A DNA stretch of 64,000 nucleotides from the human T2T-CHM13v2.0 reference genome, Homo sapiens, in assembly GCF_009914755.1 (NCBI RefSeq), contig NC_060948.1; one strand, 5' to 3'. The translations under genes were made by a program, and so were the position numbers. Below, piece after piece: positions 1-19,065 of this stretch (position 1 is its first letter; each line of letters begins with the position of its first letter). The notes under the pieces were generated by a model that was given only the letters and a program-made list of their open reading frames with translations, was not told the DNA's origin and ran no database searches.

Positions 1-3000
1 GAATGGAATGGAATTGACTCAAATGGAATGGACTAGAATGGAATGGATTCGAATGGAAGGCAAAGGAATGGAATCTATTGGAATGGACTGTAATGGAATG
101 CAATGGAAGGGATTGGAATGGACTCGAATGGAATGGACTGCAATAGAAAGGATTCGAATGGAATGAAAAAGAATTGAATGGAATAGAACAGAATGGAATC
201 AAATCGAATGAAATGGAATGGAATAGAAAGGAATGGAATGAAATGGAATGGAAAGGATTCGAATGGAATGCAATCGAATGGAATGTAATCGAACGCAATG
301 GAATAAAATGGAAGAAAACTGGCAAGAAATGGAATCGAAATGAATGGAGTGTTATGGAACGGACTCAAAAGGAATTGAATGTAATAGAATGGAGTGGAGT
401 GGACTCGAATATAATGGACTGGAATGGAATGAAATCACATGGAATGGGAACGAATGGAATGGAATGGAAAGGAATGGAATCGAATGGAAAGGAATCGAAT
501 GGAAGGGAATGAAATTGAATCAACAGGAATGGAAGGGAATAGAATAGACGGTAATGGAATGGACTCGAATAGAATGGACACAAATGCTCAAATTGAATGG
601 ACTCGAATGGAATGGAAACGAAAGGAATGTCATCGAATGGAATTGAATCGATTGGAATGAAATAGCATAGAATGGAGTGGAATCAAATGGAATTGAATCG
701 AAAGGAAAGGAAGCGAATGGACTGAAATGAAATGGAATGGAATTGAATGGAAAGTTATGTAATGGAATAGAATGGAACGAAATTTCACAGGATGCAATCA
801 AACTGAATGGAATCAAATCAATGGAATCAAATCAAATGGAATGGAAAGGAATTGAATGGAGTAGATTGGATTGGATGGGATTGGAATGAAATGTACTGGA
901 AAGGACTCGAATTTCATGAAACGGAATGGAATGAATTGGAACGGAACGGACTCGAATGGAATGGAATGTCATGGAATGGCATCAAATGGAATGGCATCAA
1001 ATGGAATGGAATCGAATGCAATGGAGTGCTATGGAATGGAATGGAATGCATTGGAATGGAATGTCCTCTAATGGAATGGATTCGAGTGGAATGGAATCGA
1101 ATATAATGGAGTCGAATGAAATGGAATTGAAAGGAATGGGATCGAATACAATGGAATATACTGGAATGTAATGTAATGAACTCGAATGTAATTGACTGGA
1201 ATGGAATGTATATGAATGGAATGTAATTGAATGGAAAGTAATCCAATGGAATAGAATCTAATGCAATAAAATCGACTCAGATAGAGTAGAATGTAATGGA
1301 ATGGAGTGCAGTGCAATGGAATGGAATGGAATGGAATGCAATGGAATGGAATGGAATGGAATGGAATGGGATGGAATGGTGTGGAATGGATAGTAATGGA
1401 CTGGAGTGAAATGGACTGGAAAGGAATGGACTCAAATTGAAAGGGCTCGAAAGGAATGGAGTCAAATGGAATGGTCTGGATTGGAATGAACACGAATGTA
1501 ATGCAATCCAATAGAATGGAATCGAATGGCATGGAATATAAAGAAATGGAATCGAAGAGAATGGAAACAAATGGAATGGAATTGAATGGAATGGAATTGA
1601 ATGGAATGGGAACGAATGGAGTGAAATTGTATGCAGTAGAAGAGAATAGAATGGAATGCAAGCGAAAGGAAAGGAATGGATTGGAATGGAATGGAATTCA
1701 TTGGAATGGAAGGGAATGTAGTGTAATGGACAGGCCTGGAATAAAGTGGAATGCTACGGTCTCGAATGGAATAAAAATGTATGGAATGGAATGCAATGAA
1801 ACGGAATCGAATGTCATAGAATGTAATGGAATGCAAAAAAATGGAATCCAAAATCATTGACTGGAAAGGCTGGGTGTCGAAAGGAATTGACTCCAATGGA
1901 ATGGAATCGAATGGAATGGAAGAGAATAGAATCGAACTAAATCGAATGGAATGGAATTGATAGGAACGGAATGGAAAGGAATGCAATCATTTGGCATGGA
2001 ATGGAATCGAATGGCATCGAATGGAATGGAATGGAATGCAATGGAATGGAATGTATTAGAATGTAATGAACTTTAATGGAATGTACTCGAATGGAATCGA
2101 CTGGAATGGAATGTTCTGGAAGTGAATGGACTCCAATGGAATGGATTCAAAAGGAATGGAATCGTACGGAATGGAATCTAATGGAATGGAATTAAATGGA
2201 AATGAATCAAACTGAATAGAACGGAATTGAATTGAATGGAATCGAATGCAATGGAATCTAATGAAACGGAAAGGAAAGGAATGGAATGGAATGGAATGGG
2301 CTGGAATGGAAAGGAATCGAAACGAATGGAATGGAATCGAACTGAAGAGACTGGAATGGAATGCACTGGATGGAAGGGAGTGTAATGGAAGGTTCTCGAA
2401 AAAAATGGAATCGAATGGAATGGAATTGAATGGAACGGAATAGAGTCGAATGGAATTGAATGGAATGGAATGGACTAGAGTGAAATGGAATCGAACCACA
2501 AGGAATGGACAGGAATAGAACGGTCTCGAATTGAATGGAATCGTATGGAATGGCATCAAACGGAATGGAATGGACAGCCACGGAATGGAATGCACTCGAA
2601 TGCAATGGAGTCGAAACTAATGGACTGGAATAGAATGGACTCGACTGGTACGGACTCCAATGGAATGGAATCGAATGGAAGGGAATCGAACGGAATGGAC
2701 TCGAAGGGAAAAGACTGCAATGGAAAGGTCTCGAATGGAATGGAAATTAATGGAATGGAATGGAATCGAATGAAATGGAGTCAAAAGGAATGGAATCGAA
2801 TGGCAAGAAAACGAATGTAATGGAATCGCAAGGAATTGATGTGAACGGAACGGAATGGAATGGAATCCAAAGGAATGGAATAGAATGGAATGGAATCGAA
2901 TGGAAAGGACTCGAATGGAAATCACTCGAATAGAATGCAATTTAATAAAATAGGACCAAATGTAATGGAATGGAATGGAAAGGAATCGAAACGAAAGGAA

Positions 3001-3543
3001 TGGAGACAGATGGAATGGAATGGAACAGAGAGCAATGGTATAGAATGGAATGGAATCATCTGGAATGGAATTGAATGGAATGGAATAACATGAAATGGAC
3101 TGGAATGGAATGGAATGCCCTTGAATTAAATGGACTGGAATGGAATGGACTCGAACAGAGTGGAATGGAAAGTGTTGAAATAGAATGGAATGGACTGGTT
3201 TGGAATGGTCTAGTATGCAATGCAATCGACTGGCAGGGAATCAAAAGGAATGTAATCGAATGGATTGGACTGGAATGCAATGGACTCGAATAGATTGGAA
3301 ACGGAATGCAAAGGAATGGAATGGAATAGTATGGAATGGAATGGAAAGGAATGGAGTGGAATAGACTAGAGTGGAATGGAATGGACTCGAAAGCAATGGA
3401 CTGGAATGGAACTTTCTTGAATGGACTGGAATCAAACGGAATGGAATGCAATGCAATCAAATGGCATGGAATAAAATAGAATGAAAGAGAATCAAATGGA
3501 ATTGAATCGAATGGAATCGAATGGATTGGAAAGGAATAGAATG
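1..3543 (+). repeat. DYZ1 unit copy 1 (phase set by window start)
   Basis: Sequence at position 1 (gaatggaatggaattgactcaaatgg) recurs at 3544. Confidence 0.92.
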
Positions 3544-6500
3544 GAATGGAATGGAATTGACTCAAATGGAATGGACTAGAATGGAATGGATTCGAATGGA
3601 AGGCAAAGGAATGGAATCTATTGGAATGGACTGTAATGGAATGCAATGGAAGGGATTGGAATGGACTCGAATGGAATGGACTGCAATAGAAAGGATTCGA
3701 ATGGAATGAAAAAGAATTGAATGGAATAGAACAGAATGGAATCAAATCGAATGAAATGGAATGGAATAGAAAGGAATGGAATGAAATGGAATGGAAAGGA
3801 TTCGAATGGAATGCAATCGAATGGAATGTAATCGAACGCAATGGAATAAAATGGAAGAAAACTGGCAAGAAATGGAATCGAAATGAATGGAGTGTTATGG
3901 AACGGACTCAAAAGGAATTGAATGTAATAGAATGGAGTGGAGTGGACTCGAATATAATGGACTGGAATGGAATGAAATCACATGGAATGGGAACGAATGG
4001 AATGGAATGGAAAGGAATGGAATCGAATGGAAAGGAATCGAATGGAAGGGAATGAAATTGAATCAACAGGAATGGAAGGGAATAGAATAGACGGTAATGG
4101 AATGGACTCGAATAGAATGGACACAAATGCTCAAATTGAATGGACTCGAATGGAATGGAAACGAAAGGAATGTCATCGAATGGAATTGAATCGATTGGAA
4201 TGAAATAGCATAGAATGGAGTGGAATCAAATGGAATTGAATCGAAAGGAAAGGAAGCGAATGGACTGAAATGAAATGGAATGGAATTGAATGGAAAGTTA
4301 TGTAATGGAATAGAATGGAACGAAATTTCACAGGATGCAATCAAACTGAATGGAATCAAATCAATGGAATCAAATCAAATGGAATGGAAAGGAATTGAAT
4401 GGAGTAGATTGGATTGGATGGGATTGGAATGAAATGTACTGGAAAGGACTCGAATTTCATGAAACGGAATGGAATGAATTGGAACGGAACGGACTCGAAT
4501 GGAATGGAATGTCATGGAATGGCATCAAATGGAATGGCATCAAATGGAATGGAATCGAATGCAATGGAGTGCTATGGAATGGAATGGAATGCATTGGAAT
4601 GGAATGTCCTCTAATGGAATGGATTCGAGTGGAATGGAATCGAATATAATGGAGTCGAATGAAATGGAATTGAAAGGAATGGGATCGAATACAATGGAAT
4701 ATACTGGAATGTAATGTAATGAACTCGAATGTAATTGACTGGAATGGAATGTATATGAATGGAATGTAATTGAATGGAAAGTAATCCAATGGAATAGAAT
4801 CTAATGCAATAAAATCGACTCAGATAGAGTAGAATGTAATGGAATGGAGTGCAGTGCAATGGAATGGAATGGAATGGAATGCAATGGAATGGAATGGAAT
4901 GGAATGGAATGGAATGGGATGGAATGGTGTGGAATGGATAGTAATGGACTGGAGTGAAATGGACTGGAAAGGAATGGACTCAAATTGAAAGGGCTCGAAA
5001 GGAATGGAGTCAAATGGAATGGTCTGGAATGGAATGAACACGAATGTAATGCAATCCAATAGAATGGAATCGAATGGCATGGAATATAAAGAAATGGAAT
5101 CGAAGAGAATGGAAACAAATGGAATGGAATTGAATGGAATGGAATTGAATGGAATGGGAACGAATGGAGTGAAATTGTATGCAGTAGAAGAGAATAGAAT
5201 GGAATGCAAGCGAAAGGAAAGGAATGGATTGGAATGGAATGGAATTCATTGGAATGGAAGGGAATGTAGTGTAATGGACAGGCCTGGAATAAAGTGGAAT
5301 GCTACGGTCTCGAATGGAATAAAAATGTATGGAATGGAATGCAATGAAACGGAATCGAATGTCATAGAATGTAATGGAATGCAAAAAAATGGAATCCAAA
5401 ATCATTGACTGGAAAGGCTGGGTGTCGAAAGGAATTGACTCCAATGGAATGGAATCGAATGGAATGGAAGTGAATAGAATCGAACTAAATCGAATGGAAT
5501 GGAATTGATAGGAACGGAATGGAAAGGAATGCAATGATTTGGCATGGAATGCAATCGAATGGCATCGAATGGAATGGAATGGAATGCAATGGAATGGAAT
5601 GTATTAGAATGTAATGAACTTTAATGGAATGTACTCGAATGGATTCGACTGGAATGGAATGTTCTGGAAGTGAATGGACTCCAATGGAATGGATTCAAAA
5701 GGAATGGAATCGTACGGAATGGAATCTAATGGAATGGAATTAAATGGAAATGAATCAAATTGAATAGCACGGAATTGAATTGAATGCAATCGAATGCAAT
5801 GGAATCTAATGAAACGGAAAGGAAAGGAATGGAATGGAATGGAATGGGCTGGAATGGAAAGGAATCGAAACGAATGGAATGGAATCGAACTGAAGAGACT
5901 GGAATGGAATGCACTGGAATGGAAGGGAGTGTAATGGAAGGTTCTCGAAAAAAATGGAATCGAATGGAATGGAATTGAATGGAACGGAATAGAGTCGAAA
6001 GGAATTGAATGGAATGGAATGGACTAGAGTGAAATGGAATCGAACCACAAGGAATGGACAGGAATAGAATGGTCTCGAATTGAATGGAATCGTATGGAAT
6101 GGCATCAAACGGAATGGAATGGACAGCCACGGAATGGAATGCACTCGAATGCAATGGAGTCGAAACTAATGGACTGGAATAGAATGGACTCGACTGGTAC
6201 GGACTCCAATGGAATGGAATCGAATGGAAGGGAATCGAACGGAATGGAGTCGAAGGGAAAAGACTGCAATGGAGAGGTCTCGAATGGAATGGAAATTAAT
6301 GGAATGGAATGGAATCGAATGAAATGGAGTCAAAAGGAATGGAATCGAATGGCAAGAAATCGAATGTAATGGAATCGCAAGGAATTGATGTGAACGGAAC
6401 GGAATGGAATGGAATCCAAAGGAATGGAATAGAATGGAATGGAATCGAATGGAAAGGACTCGAATGGAAATCACTCGAATAGAATGCAATTTAATAAAAT

Positions 6501-7092
6501 AGGATCAAATGTAATGGAATGGAATGGAAAGGAATCGAAACGAAAGGAATGGAGACAGATGGAATGGAATGGAACAGAGAGCAATGGTATAGAATGGAAT
6601 GGAATCATCTGGAATGGAATTGAATGGAATGGAATAACATGAAATGGACTGGAATGGAATGGAATGCCCTTGAATTAAATGGACTGGAATGGAATGGACT
6701 CGAACAGAGTGGAATGGAAAGTGTTGAAATAGAATGGAATGGACTGGTTTGGAATGGTCTAGTATGCAATGCAATCGACTGGCAGGGAATCAAAAGGAAT
6801 GTAATCGAATGGATTGGACTGGAATGCAATGGACTCGAATAGATTGGAAACGGAATGCAAAGGAATGGAATGGAATAGTATGGAATGGAATGGAAAGGAA
6901 TGGAGTGGAATAGACTAGAGTGGAATGGAATGGACTCGAAAGCAATGGACTGGAATGGAACTTTCTTGAATGGACTGGAATCAAACGGAATGGAATGCAA
7001 TGCAATCAAATGGCATGGAATAAAATAGAATGAAAGAGAATGAAATGGAATTGAATCGAATGGAATCGAATGGATTGGAAAGGAATAGAATG
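3544..7092 (+). repeat. DYZ1 unit copy 2 (3549 bp)
   Basis: Same marker recurs at 7093. Carries one extra pentamer near 4865-4915 and one extra base near 5918 relative to copy 1. Confidence 0.92.
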
Positions 7093-8350
7093 GAATGGAA
7101 TGGAATTGACTCAAATGGAATGGACTAGAATGGAATGGATTCGAATGGAAGGCAAAGGAATGGAATCTATTGGAATGGACTGTAATGGAATGGAATGGAA
7201 GGGATTGGAATGGACTCAAATGGAATGGACTGCAATAGAAAGGATTCGAATGGAATGAAAAAGAATTGAATGGAATAGAACAGAATGGAATCAAATCGAA
7301 TGAAATGGAATGGAATAGAAAGGAATGGAATGAAATGGAATGGAAAGGATTCGAATGGAATGCAATCGAATGGAATGTAATCGAACGCAATGGAATAAAA
7401 TGGAAGAAAACTGGCAAGAAATGGAATCGAAATGAATGGAGTGTTATGGAACGGACTCAAAAGGAATTGAATGTAATAGAATGGAGTGGAGTGGACTCGA
7501 ATATAATGGACTGGAATGGAATGAAATCACATGGAATGGGAACGAATGGAATGGAATGGAAAGGAATGGAATCGAATGGAAAGGAATCGAATGGAAGGGA
7601 ATGAAATTGAATCAACAGGAATGGAAGGGAATAGAATAGACGGTAATGGAATGGACTCGAATAGAATGGACACGAATGCTCAAATTGAATGGACTCGAAT
7701 GGAATGGAAACGAAAGGAATGTCATCGAATGGAATTGAATCGATTGGAATGAAATCGCATAGAATGGAGTGGAATCAAATGGAATTGAATCGAAAGGAAA
7801 GGAAGCGAATGGACTGAAATGAAATGGAATGGAATTGAATGGAAAGTAATGCAATGGAATAGAATGGAACGAAATTTCACGGAATGGAATCAAACTGAAT
7901 GGAATCAAATCAATGGAATCAAATCAAATGGAATGGAAAGGAATTGAATGGAGTAGATTGGATTGGATGGGATTGGAATGAAATGTACTGGAAAGGACTC
8001 GAATTTCATGAAACGGAATGGAATGAATTGGAACGGAATGGACTCGAATGGAATGGAATGTCATGGAATGGCATCAAATGGAATGGCATCAAATGGAATG
8101 GAATCGAATGCAATGGAATGCTATGGAATGGAATGGAATGCATTGGAATGGAATGTCCTCTAATGGAATGGATTCGAGTGGAATGGAATCGAATATAATG
8201 GAGTCGAATGAAATGGAATTGAAAGGAATGGGATCGAATACAATGGAATATACTGGAATGTAATGTAATGAACTCGAATGTATTTGACTGGAATGGAATG
8301 TACATGAATGGAATGTAATCGAATGGAAAGTAATCCAATGGAATAGAATC
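7093..8350 (+). repeat. DYZ1 partial copy 3, truncated at the DYZ2 junction
   Basis: Colinear with 1-1258. Ends at ...ggaatagaatc, where the other copies continue taatgcaat. Confidence 0.92.
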
Positions 8351-9392
<1,042 letters not shown>

Positions 9393-9960
9393 AGATCCAT
9401 ATTTTTTAAATGAAAAAAAATTTCAAAGGTACTCTGCTTGGTACAATAATCAAATGTATAAACTGAGGAATAAAACATAACCATGAAACCTATTTATAAC
9501 TGCATATGGAAAATACAGAGGATAATTTTTTAAATAACATATTGTTAAAGCCTTAACTAGTAATTTGAAGAGTTGGCATTTGAAAGGCCAGTATGAATAT
9601 ACCTTCACAGCAGCAACACAGGTTCCCCATGAGAAAAAGCAAACTCAGGGAAAATAAAACCACAAAGGTTCAATCTCTTCTGACCTTTGAAAGACCCAGC
9701 ACAGACAGTGGTCCTTAGGACGAAGAGTAGGAGACCCCTAATTCCGTCACCATGGCGATAGGGCATAAACATTGCTGGGTGAGGGCACAATCCACATTGT
9801 GAGGTCCAACTCCTGCCAGGAAGACAGGAGTGCTTTTACATAGACCGAAAGGTCATTGAAGGCTCAGAGTTTTGTTTCAAGAACTGAATCCCAAGCCCAC
9901 ACGTTATTAGGCTGCGCTTCTTAAAACAAGTTATGAGATGGGAAAAAGGGCACCCACTAA
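9393..9960. repeat. HSATI segment of DYZ2 (representative; follows every Alu copy)
   Basis: Complex-sequence ~570-bp block between the Alu 5' end and the AT-rich spacer, repeated in all 23 units. Name assigned from the known tripartite DYZ2 structure; boundaries approximate. Confidence 0.8.
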
Positions 9961-11812
<1,852 letters not shown>

Positions 11813-13916
11813 AGATCCATATTTTTTAAATGAAAAAAAATTTCAAAGGTACTCTGCTTGGTACAATAATCAAATGTATAAACTGAGGAATAAAACATAA
11901 CCATGAAACCTACTTATAACTGCATATGGAAAATACAGAGGATAATTTTTTAAATAACATATTTTGAAAGCCTTAACTAGTAATTTGAAGAGTTGGCATT
12001 TGAAAGGCCAGTATGAATATACCTTCAAAGCAGCAACACAGGTTCCCCATGAGAAAAAGCAAACTCAGGGAAAATAAAACCACAAAGGTTCAATCTCTTC
12101 TGACCTTTGAAAGACACAGCACAGACAGTGGTCCTTAGGATGAAGAGCAGGAGACCCCTAATTACGTCACCATGGCGATAGGGCATAAATATTGCTGGGT
12201 GAGGGCACAATCCACCTTGTGAGGTCCAACTGCTGCCAGGAAGACAGGAGTGTTTTACATAGACCGAAAAGTCATTGAAGGCTCAGAGTTTTGTTTCAAG
12301 AACTGAATCCCAAGCCCACACGTTATTAGGCTGCGCTTCTTAAAACAAGTTATGAGATGGGAAAAAGGGCACCCACAAACATACGTATACATTATGTATA
12401 TAATAATATACAGTATCATATATATAATATATATAACCTATGTATAATATTGTTTTACATCCTGCATCTTATGTTATATATATTGTATAAAATATAATAA
12501 TTGATAATATATAAGTTTTATATTTATACAATATGACATATAGTATATATTATAATTTATGACATATATAATATATGTTATATATCATATATAGAATATA
12601 TTATACGGTTAATATACGTATTAAATATAAATTATACATTATATATATTATTTATAATATATCTGTTATATATAATACCCATTATGCATAATATATATAT
12701 TATGTCTATGTTATATATAGTATAAAACAACATATAATAATATATAATTGTATATATAAAATGCGACATATAATATATATTATATTTTATGACATATGTA
12801 ATATATATTATATATTATATATAATACTTTGTATGTATAATACCTATATTAAATATATATTATATGACTATGTTATTAATTACATGTCACATATGTTATA
12901 TATTATTTATTTTACATAGAATATACCGGTTACATACAATATATAGTATGTTACCTATAATGTATAATTTATTACATGTAAAATAAAGAATGCAATATAT
13001 TATGTATAATTTATAATATACAATATGTGGAATGTGATATATATAACATATAATATATGATATATGATATGGAGTATATGATATATAACATACAATATAT
13101 GATACCTAATATATATGGTATACAATATATATTTTATGATATGTATTCTATATGTTATATATTCTGTTATATATAACTGTTTGAAATTATATATAACTGT
13201 ATAATATTTTAGGTAAATATGTAATATAATATATATAACTTTATAATATATTATATATAACTATATATTATGTTATATATACTTTTATAACATAATTTAC
13301 ATAAAATATCATAATATAATATATATTATATTATTTCATATTACATAATATATATTACATATCACCCAATATAAGTAACATACATAATATTATAATATAG
13401 ATTATATTATGTTATATTAAATCTCATAAATATCATGTATCATATATTCTATAATATATATTATACATTATATAATATGTATGTTGTCTATTATGTGATA
13501 TATATAACTATATATATAATTATATTATTATACATATAACTAGATAAACATGTAATTCTACATATTTTCATTTATAATATATAGAATTATATAATCATAT
13601 ATAATTATTTATATTCTATTAAAAATTATATCATTATATAAATTATAATATATAAAAATTATAATATGTACTACAAATATATATATTATATATCATATAT
13701 GATATAGTACCTTTGTTATATATCATAATACATATAAATGTGTATTATGTTATCTATAATTATATAATTTCATATATAAGATGTATAATATGTATTATTT
13801 ATTATATATGTTATGTAATATATATAGTATATATAAGCTGACACAGGATAAATATTATATACTATGACATATAAAATATATGAGGTTATATGTTACATAT
13901 AAGGCATAGCACATAA

Positions 13917-14230
<314 letters not shown>

Positions 14231-16330
14231 AGATCCATATTTTGTAAATGAAAAAAAATTTCAAAGGTACTCTGCTTGGTACAATAATCAAATGTATAAA
14301 CTGAGGAATAAAACATAACCATGAAACCTACTTATAACTGCATATGGAAAATACAGAGGATAATTTTTTAAATAACATATTTTGAAAGCCTTAACTAGTA
14401 ATTTGAAGAGTTGGCATTTGACAGGCCAGTATGAATATACCTTCAAAGCAGCAACACAGGTTCCCCATGAGAAAAAGCAAACTCAGGGAAAATAAAACCA
14501 CAAAGGTTCAATCTCTTCTGACCTTTGAAAGACACAGCACAGACAGTGGTCCTTAGGACGAAGAGCAGGAGACCCCTAATTCCGTCACCATGGCGATAGG
14601 GCATAAACACTGCTGGGTGAGGGCACAATCCACATTGTGAGGTCCAACTGCTGCCAGGAAGACAGGAGTGCTTTTACATAGACCGAAAGGTCATTGAAGG
14701 CTCAGAGTTTTGTTTCAAGAACTGAATCCCAAGCCCACACGTTATTAGGCTGCGCTTCTTAAAACAAGTTATGAGATGGGAAAAAGGGCACCCACAAACA
14801 TACGTATACATTATGTATATAATAATATACAGTATCATATATATAATATATATAACCTATGTATAATATTGTTTTACATCCTGCATCTTATATTATATAT
14901 ATTGTGTAAAATATAATAATTGATAATATATAAGTTTTATATTTATACAATATGACATATAGTATATATTATAATTTATGACATATATAATATATGTTAT
15001 ATATAATATATAGAAAATATTATACGGTTAATATACGTATTAAATATAAATTATACATTATATATATTATATAAAATATATCTGCTATATATAATACCCA
15101 TTATGCATAATATATATATTATGTCTATGTTATGTATAGTATAAAACAACATATAATAATATATAATTGTATATATAAAATGCGACATATAATATATATT
15201 ATATTTTATGACATCTGTAATATATATTATATATTATATATTATACGTTGTATGTATAATACCTATATTAAATATATATTATATGACTATGTTATTAATT
15301 ACATGTCACATATGTTATATATTATATATTTTACAAAGAATATACCGGTTACATACAATATATACTATGTTACCTATAAGGTATAATTTATTACATGTAA
15401 AATAAAGAATGCAATATATTATGTGTAATTTATAATATACAATATGTGGAATGTGATATATATAACATATAATATATGATATATGATATACAGTATATGA
15501 TATATAACATACAATATATGATACCTAATATATATGGTATACAATATATATTTTATGATATGTATTCTATATGTTTTATATTCTGTTATATATAACTATT
15601 TGAAATTATATATAACTGTATAATATTTTATGTAAATATGTAATATAATATATATAACTATATAATATATTATATATAACTATATATTATGTTATATATA
15701 CTTTTATAACTTAATTTACATAAAATATCATAGTATAATATATATTATATTACTTCATATTACATAATATATATTACATATCACCCAATATAAGTAACAT
15801 ACATAATATTATAATATACATTATATTATGTTATATTAAATATCATATATATCATGTATCATATATTCTATAATATATATTATACATTATATAATATGCA
15901 TGTTGTCTATTATGTGATATATATAACTATATATATAATTATATTATTATACATATATCTAGATAAACATGTAATTCTACATATTTTCATTTATAATATA
16001 TAGAATTACATAATCATATATAATTATATTCTATAAAAATTATATCATTATATAAATTATAATATATAAAAATTATAATATGTACTACAAATATATATAT
16101 TATATATCATATATGATATAGTACCTTTGTTATATATCATAATACACATAAATGTGTATTATGTTATCTATAATTATATAATTTCATATATAAGATGTAT
16201 AATATGTGTTATATATTATATATGTTATGTAATATATATAGTATATATAAGATGACACAGGATAAATATTATATACTATGACATATAAAATATATGAGGT
16301 TATATGTTACATATAAGGCATAGCACATAA

Positions 16331-16645
<315 letters not shown>

Positions 16646-18773
16646 AGATCCATATTTTTTAAATGAAAAAAAATTTCAAAGGTACTCTGCTTGGTACAAT
16701 AATCAAATGTATAAACTGAGGAATAAAACATAACCATGAAACCTACTTATAACTGCATATGGAAAATACAGAGGATAATTTTTTAAATAACATATTTTGA
16801 AAGCCTTAACTAGTAATTTGAAGAGTTGGCATTTGAAAGGCCAGTATGAATATACATTCAAAGCAGCAACACAGGTTCCCCATGAGAAAAAGCAAACTCA
16901 GGGAAAATAAAACCACAAAGGTTCAATCTCTTCTGACCTTTGAAAGACACAGCACAGACAGTGGTCCTTAGGACGAAGAGCAGGAGACCCCTAATTCCGT
17001 CACCATGGCGATAGGGCATAAACATTGCTGGGTGAGGGCACAATCCACATTGTGAGGTCCAACTGCTGCCAGGAAGACAGGAGTGCTTTTACATAGACCG
17101 AAAGGTCATTGAAGGCTCAGAGTTTTGTTTCAAGAACTGAATCCCAAGCCCACACGTTATTAGGCTGCGCTTCTTAAAACAAGTTATGAGATGGGAAAAA
17201 GGGCACCCACAAACATACGTATACATTATGTATATAATAATATACAGTATCATATATATAATATATATAACCTATGTATAATATTGTTTTACATCCTGCA
17301 TCTTATATTATATATATTGTATAAAATATAATAATTGATAATATATAAGTTTTATATTTATACAATATGACATATAGTATATATTATAATTTATGACATA
17401 TATTATATATGTTATATATCATATATAGAATATATTATACGGTTAATATACGTATTAAATATAAATTATACATTATATATATTATATATAATATATCTGC
17501 TATATATAATACCCATTATGCATAATATATATATTATGTCTATGTTATGTATAGTATAAAACAACATATAATAATATATAATTGTATATATAAAATGCGA
17601 CATATAATATATATTATATTTTATGACATATGTAATATATATTATATATTATATATAATACGTTGTATGTATAATACCTATATTAAATTTATATTATATG
17701 ACTATGTTATTAATTACATGTCACATATGTTATATATTATATATTTTACATAGAATGTACCGGTTACATACAATATATACTATGTTACCTATAATGTATA
17801 ATTTATTACATGTAAAATAAAGAATGCAATATATTATGTATAATTTATAATATACAATATGTGGAATGTGATATATATAACATATAATATATGATATATG
17901 ATATACAGTATATGATATATAACATACAATATATGATACCTAACATATATGGTATACAATATATATTTTATGATATGTATTCTCCATGTTTTATATTCTG
18001 TTATATATAACTATTTGAAATTATATATAACTTTGTAATATTTTATGTAAATATGTAATATAATATATATAACTATATAATATATTATATATAACTATAT
18101 ATTATGTTATATATACTTTTATAACATAATTTACATAAAATATCATAATATAATATATATTATATTATTTCATATTACATAATATATATTACATATCACC
18201 CAATATAAGTAACATACATAATATTATAATATAGATTATATTATGTTATAGTAAATATCATATATATCATGTGTCATATATTCTATAATATATATTATAC
18301 ATTATATAATATGTATGTTGTCTATTATGTGATATATATAACTATATATATAATTATATTATTATACATATAACTAGATAAATATGTAATTCTACATATT
18401 TTCATTTATACTATATAGAATTATATAATCATATATAATTATTTATATTCTATAAAAAATTATATCATTATATAAATTATAATATATAAAAATTATAATA
18501 TGTACTACAAATATATATATTATATATCATATATGATATAGTACCTTTGTTATATATCATAATACATATAAATGTGTATTATGTTATCTATAATTATATA
18601 ATTTCATATATAAGATGTATAATATGTGTTATATATTATATATGTTATGTAATAAATATAGTATATATAAGATGACACAGGATAAATATTATATACTATG
18701 ACATACAAAATATATGAGGTTATATTTTACATATAAGGCATAGCACATAACATGTAATATATATCATCTATAA

Positions 18774-19065
<292 letters not shown>

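Larger units (their letters stand above)
1..8350 (+). repeat. DYZ1: DYZ1 / human satellite 3 (HSat3) array of degenerate GGAAT pentamers with ~3.55-kb higher-order unit
   Basis: Continuous GGAAT/CGAAT/GGACT pentamers. Near-identical sequence recurs at offsets 3543 and 3549 (ORF track 75/3618/7167). One GAATTC (1694, 5242) and one GGCC (1733, 5281) seen per unit, consistent with the classical Y-specific ~3.4-3.6-kb HaeIII/EcoRI repeat. Adjacent to DYZ2, as known for Yq12. Confidence 0.96.

Noticed and set aside
1150-2180. Possible ~890-bp sub-periodicity within DYZ1 (gtaatgaact at ~1173 and ~2063)
   Set aside because: Only one weak match in pentameric sequence. Autocorrelation of variant pentamers would be needed.
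9605-9790. 61-aa minus-strand ORF retained in all 23 units
   Set aside because: It starts at TTG rather than ATG and has no recognisable domain. Retention follows from very high unit identity, and the variants are largely amino-acid-changing.
9746-9802. Strong Kozak-like gtcaccATGG in HSATI with a nearby GTGAGG donor-like site
   Set aside because: The frame closes after about 16 codons and there is no promoter or transcript evidence in the sequence. RNA-seq or CAGE would be needed.
15132-15405. Ile/Tyr-rich ORFs in AT spacers, and the 71-aa ORF of distal units
   Set aside because: Low-complexity translation; these open and close with single substitutions.
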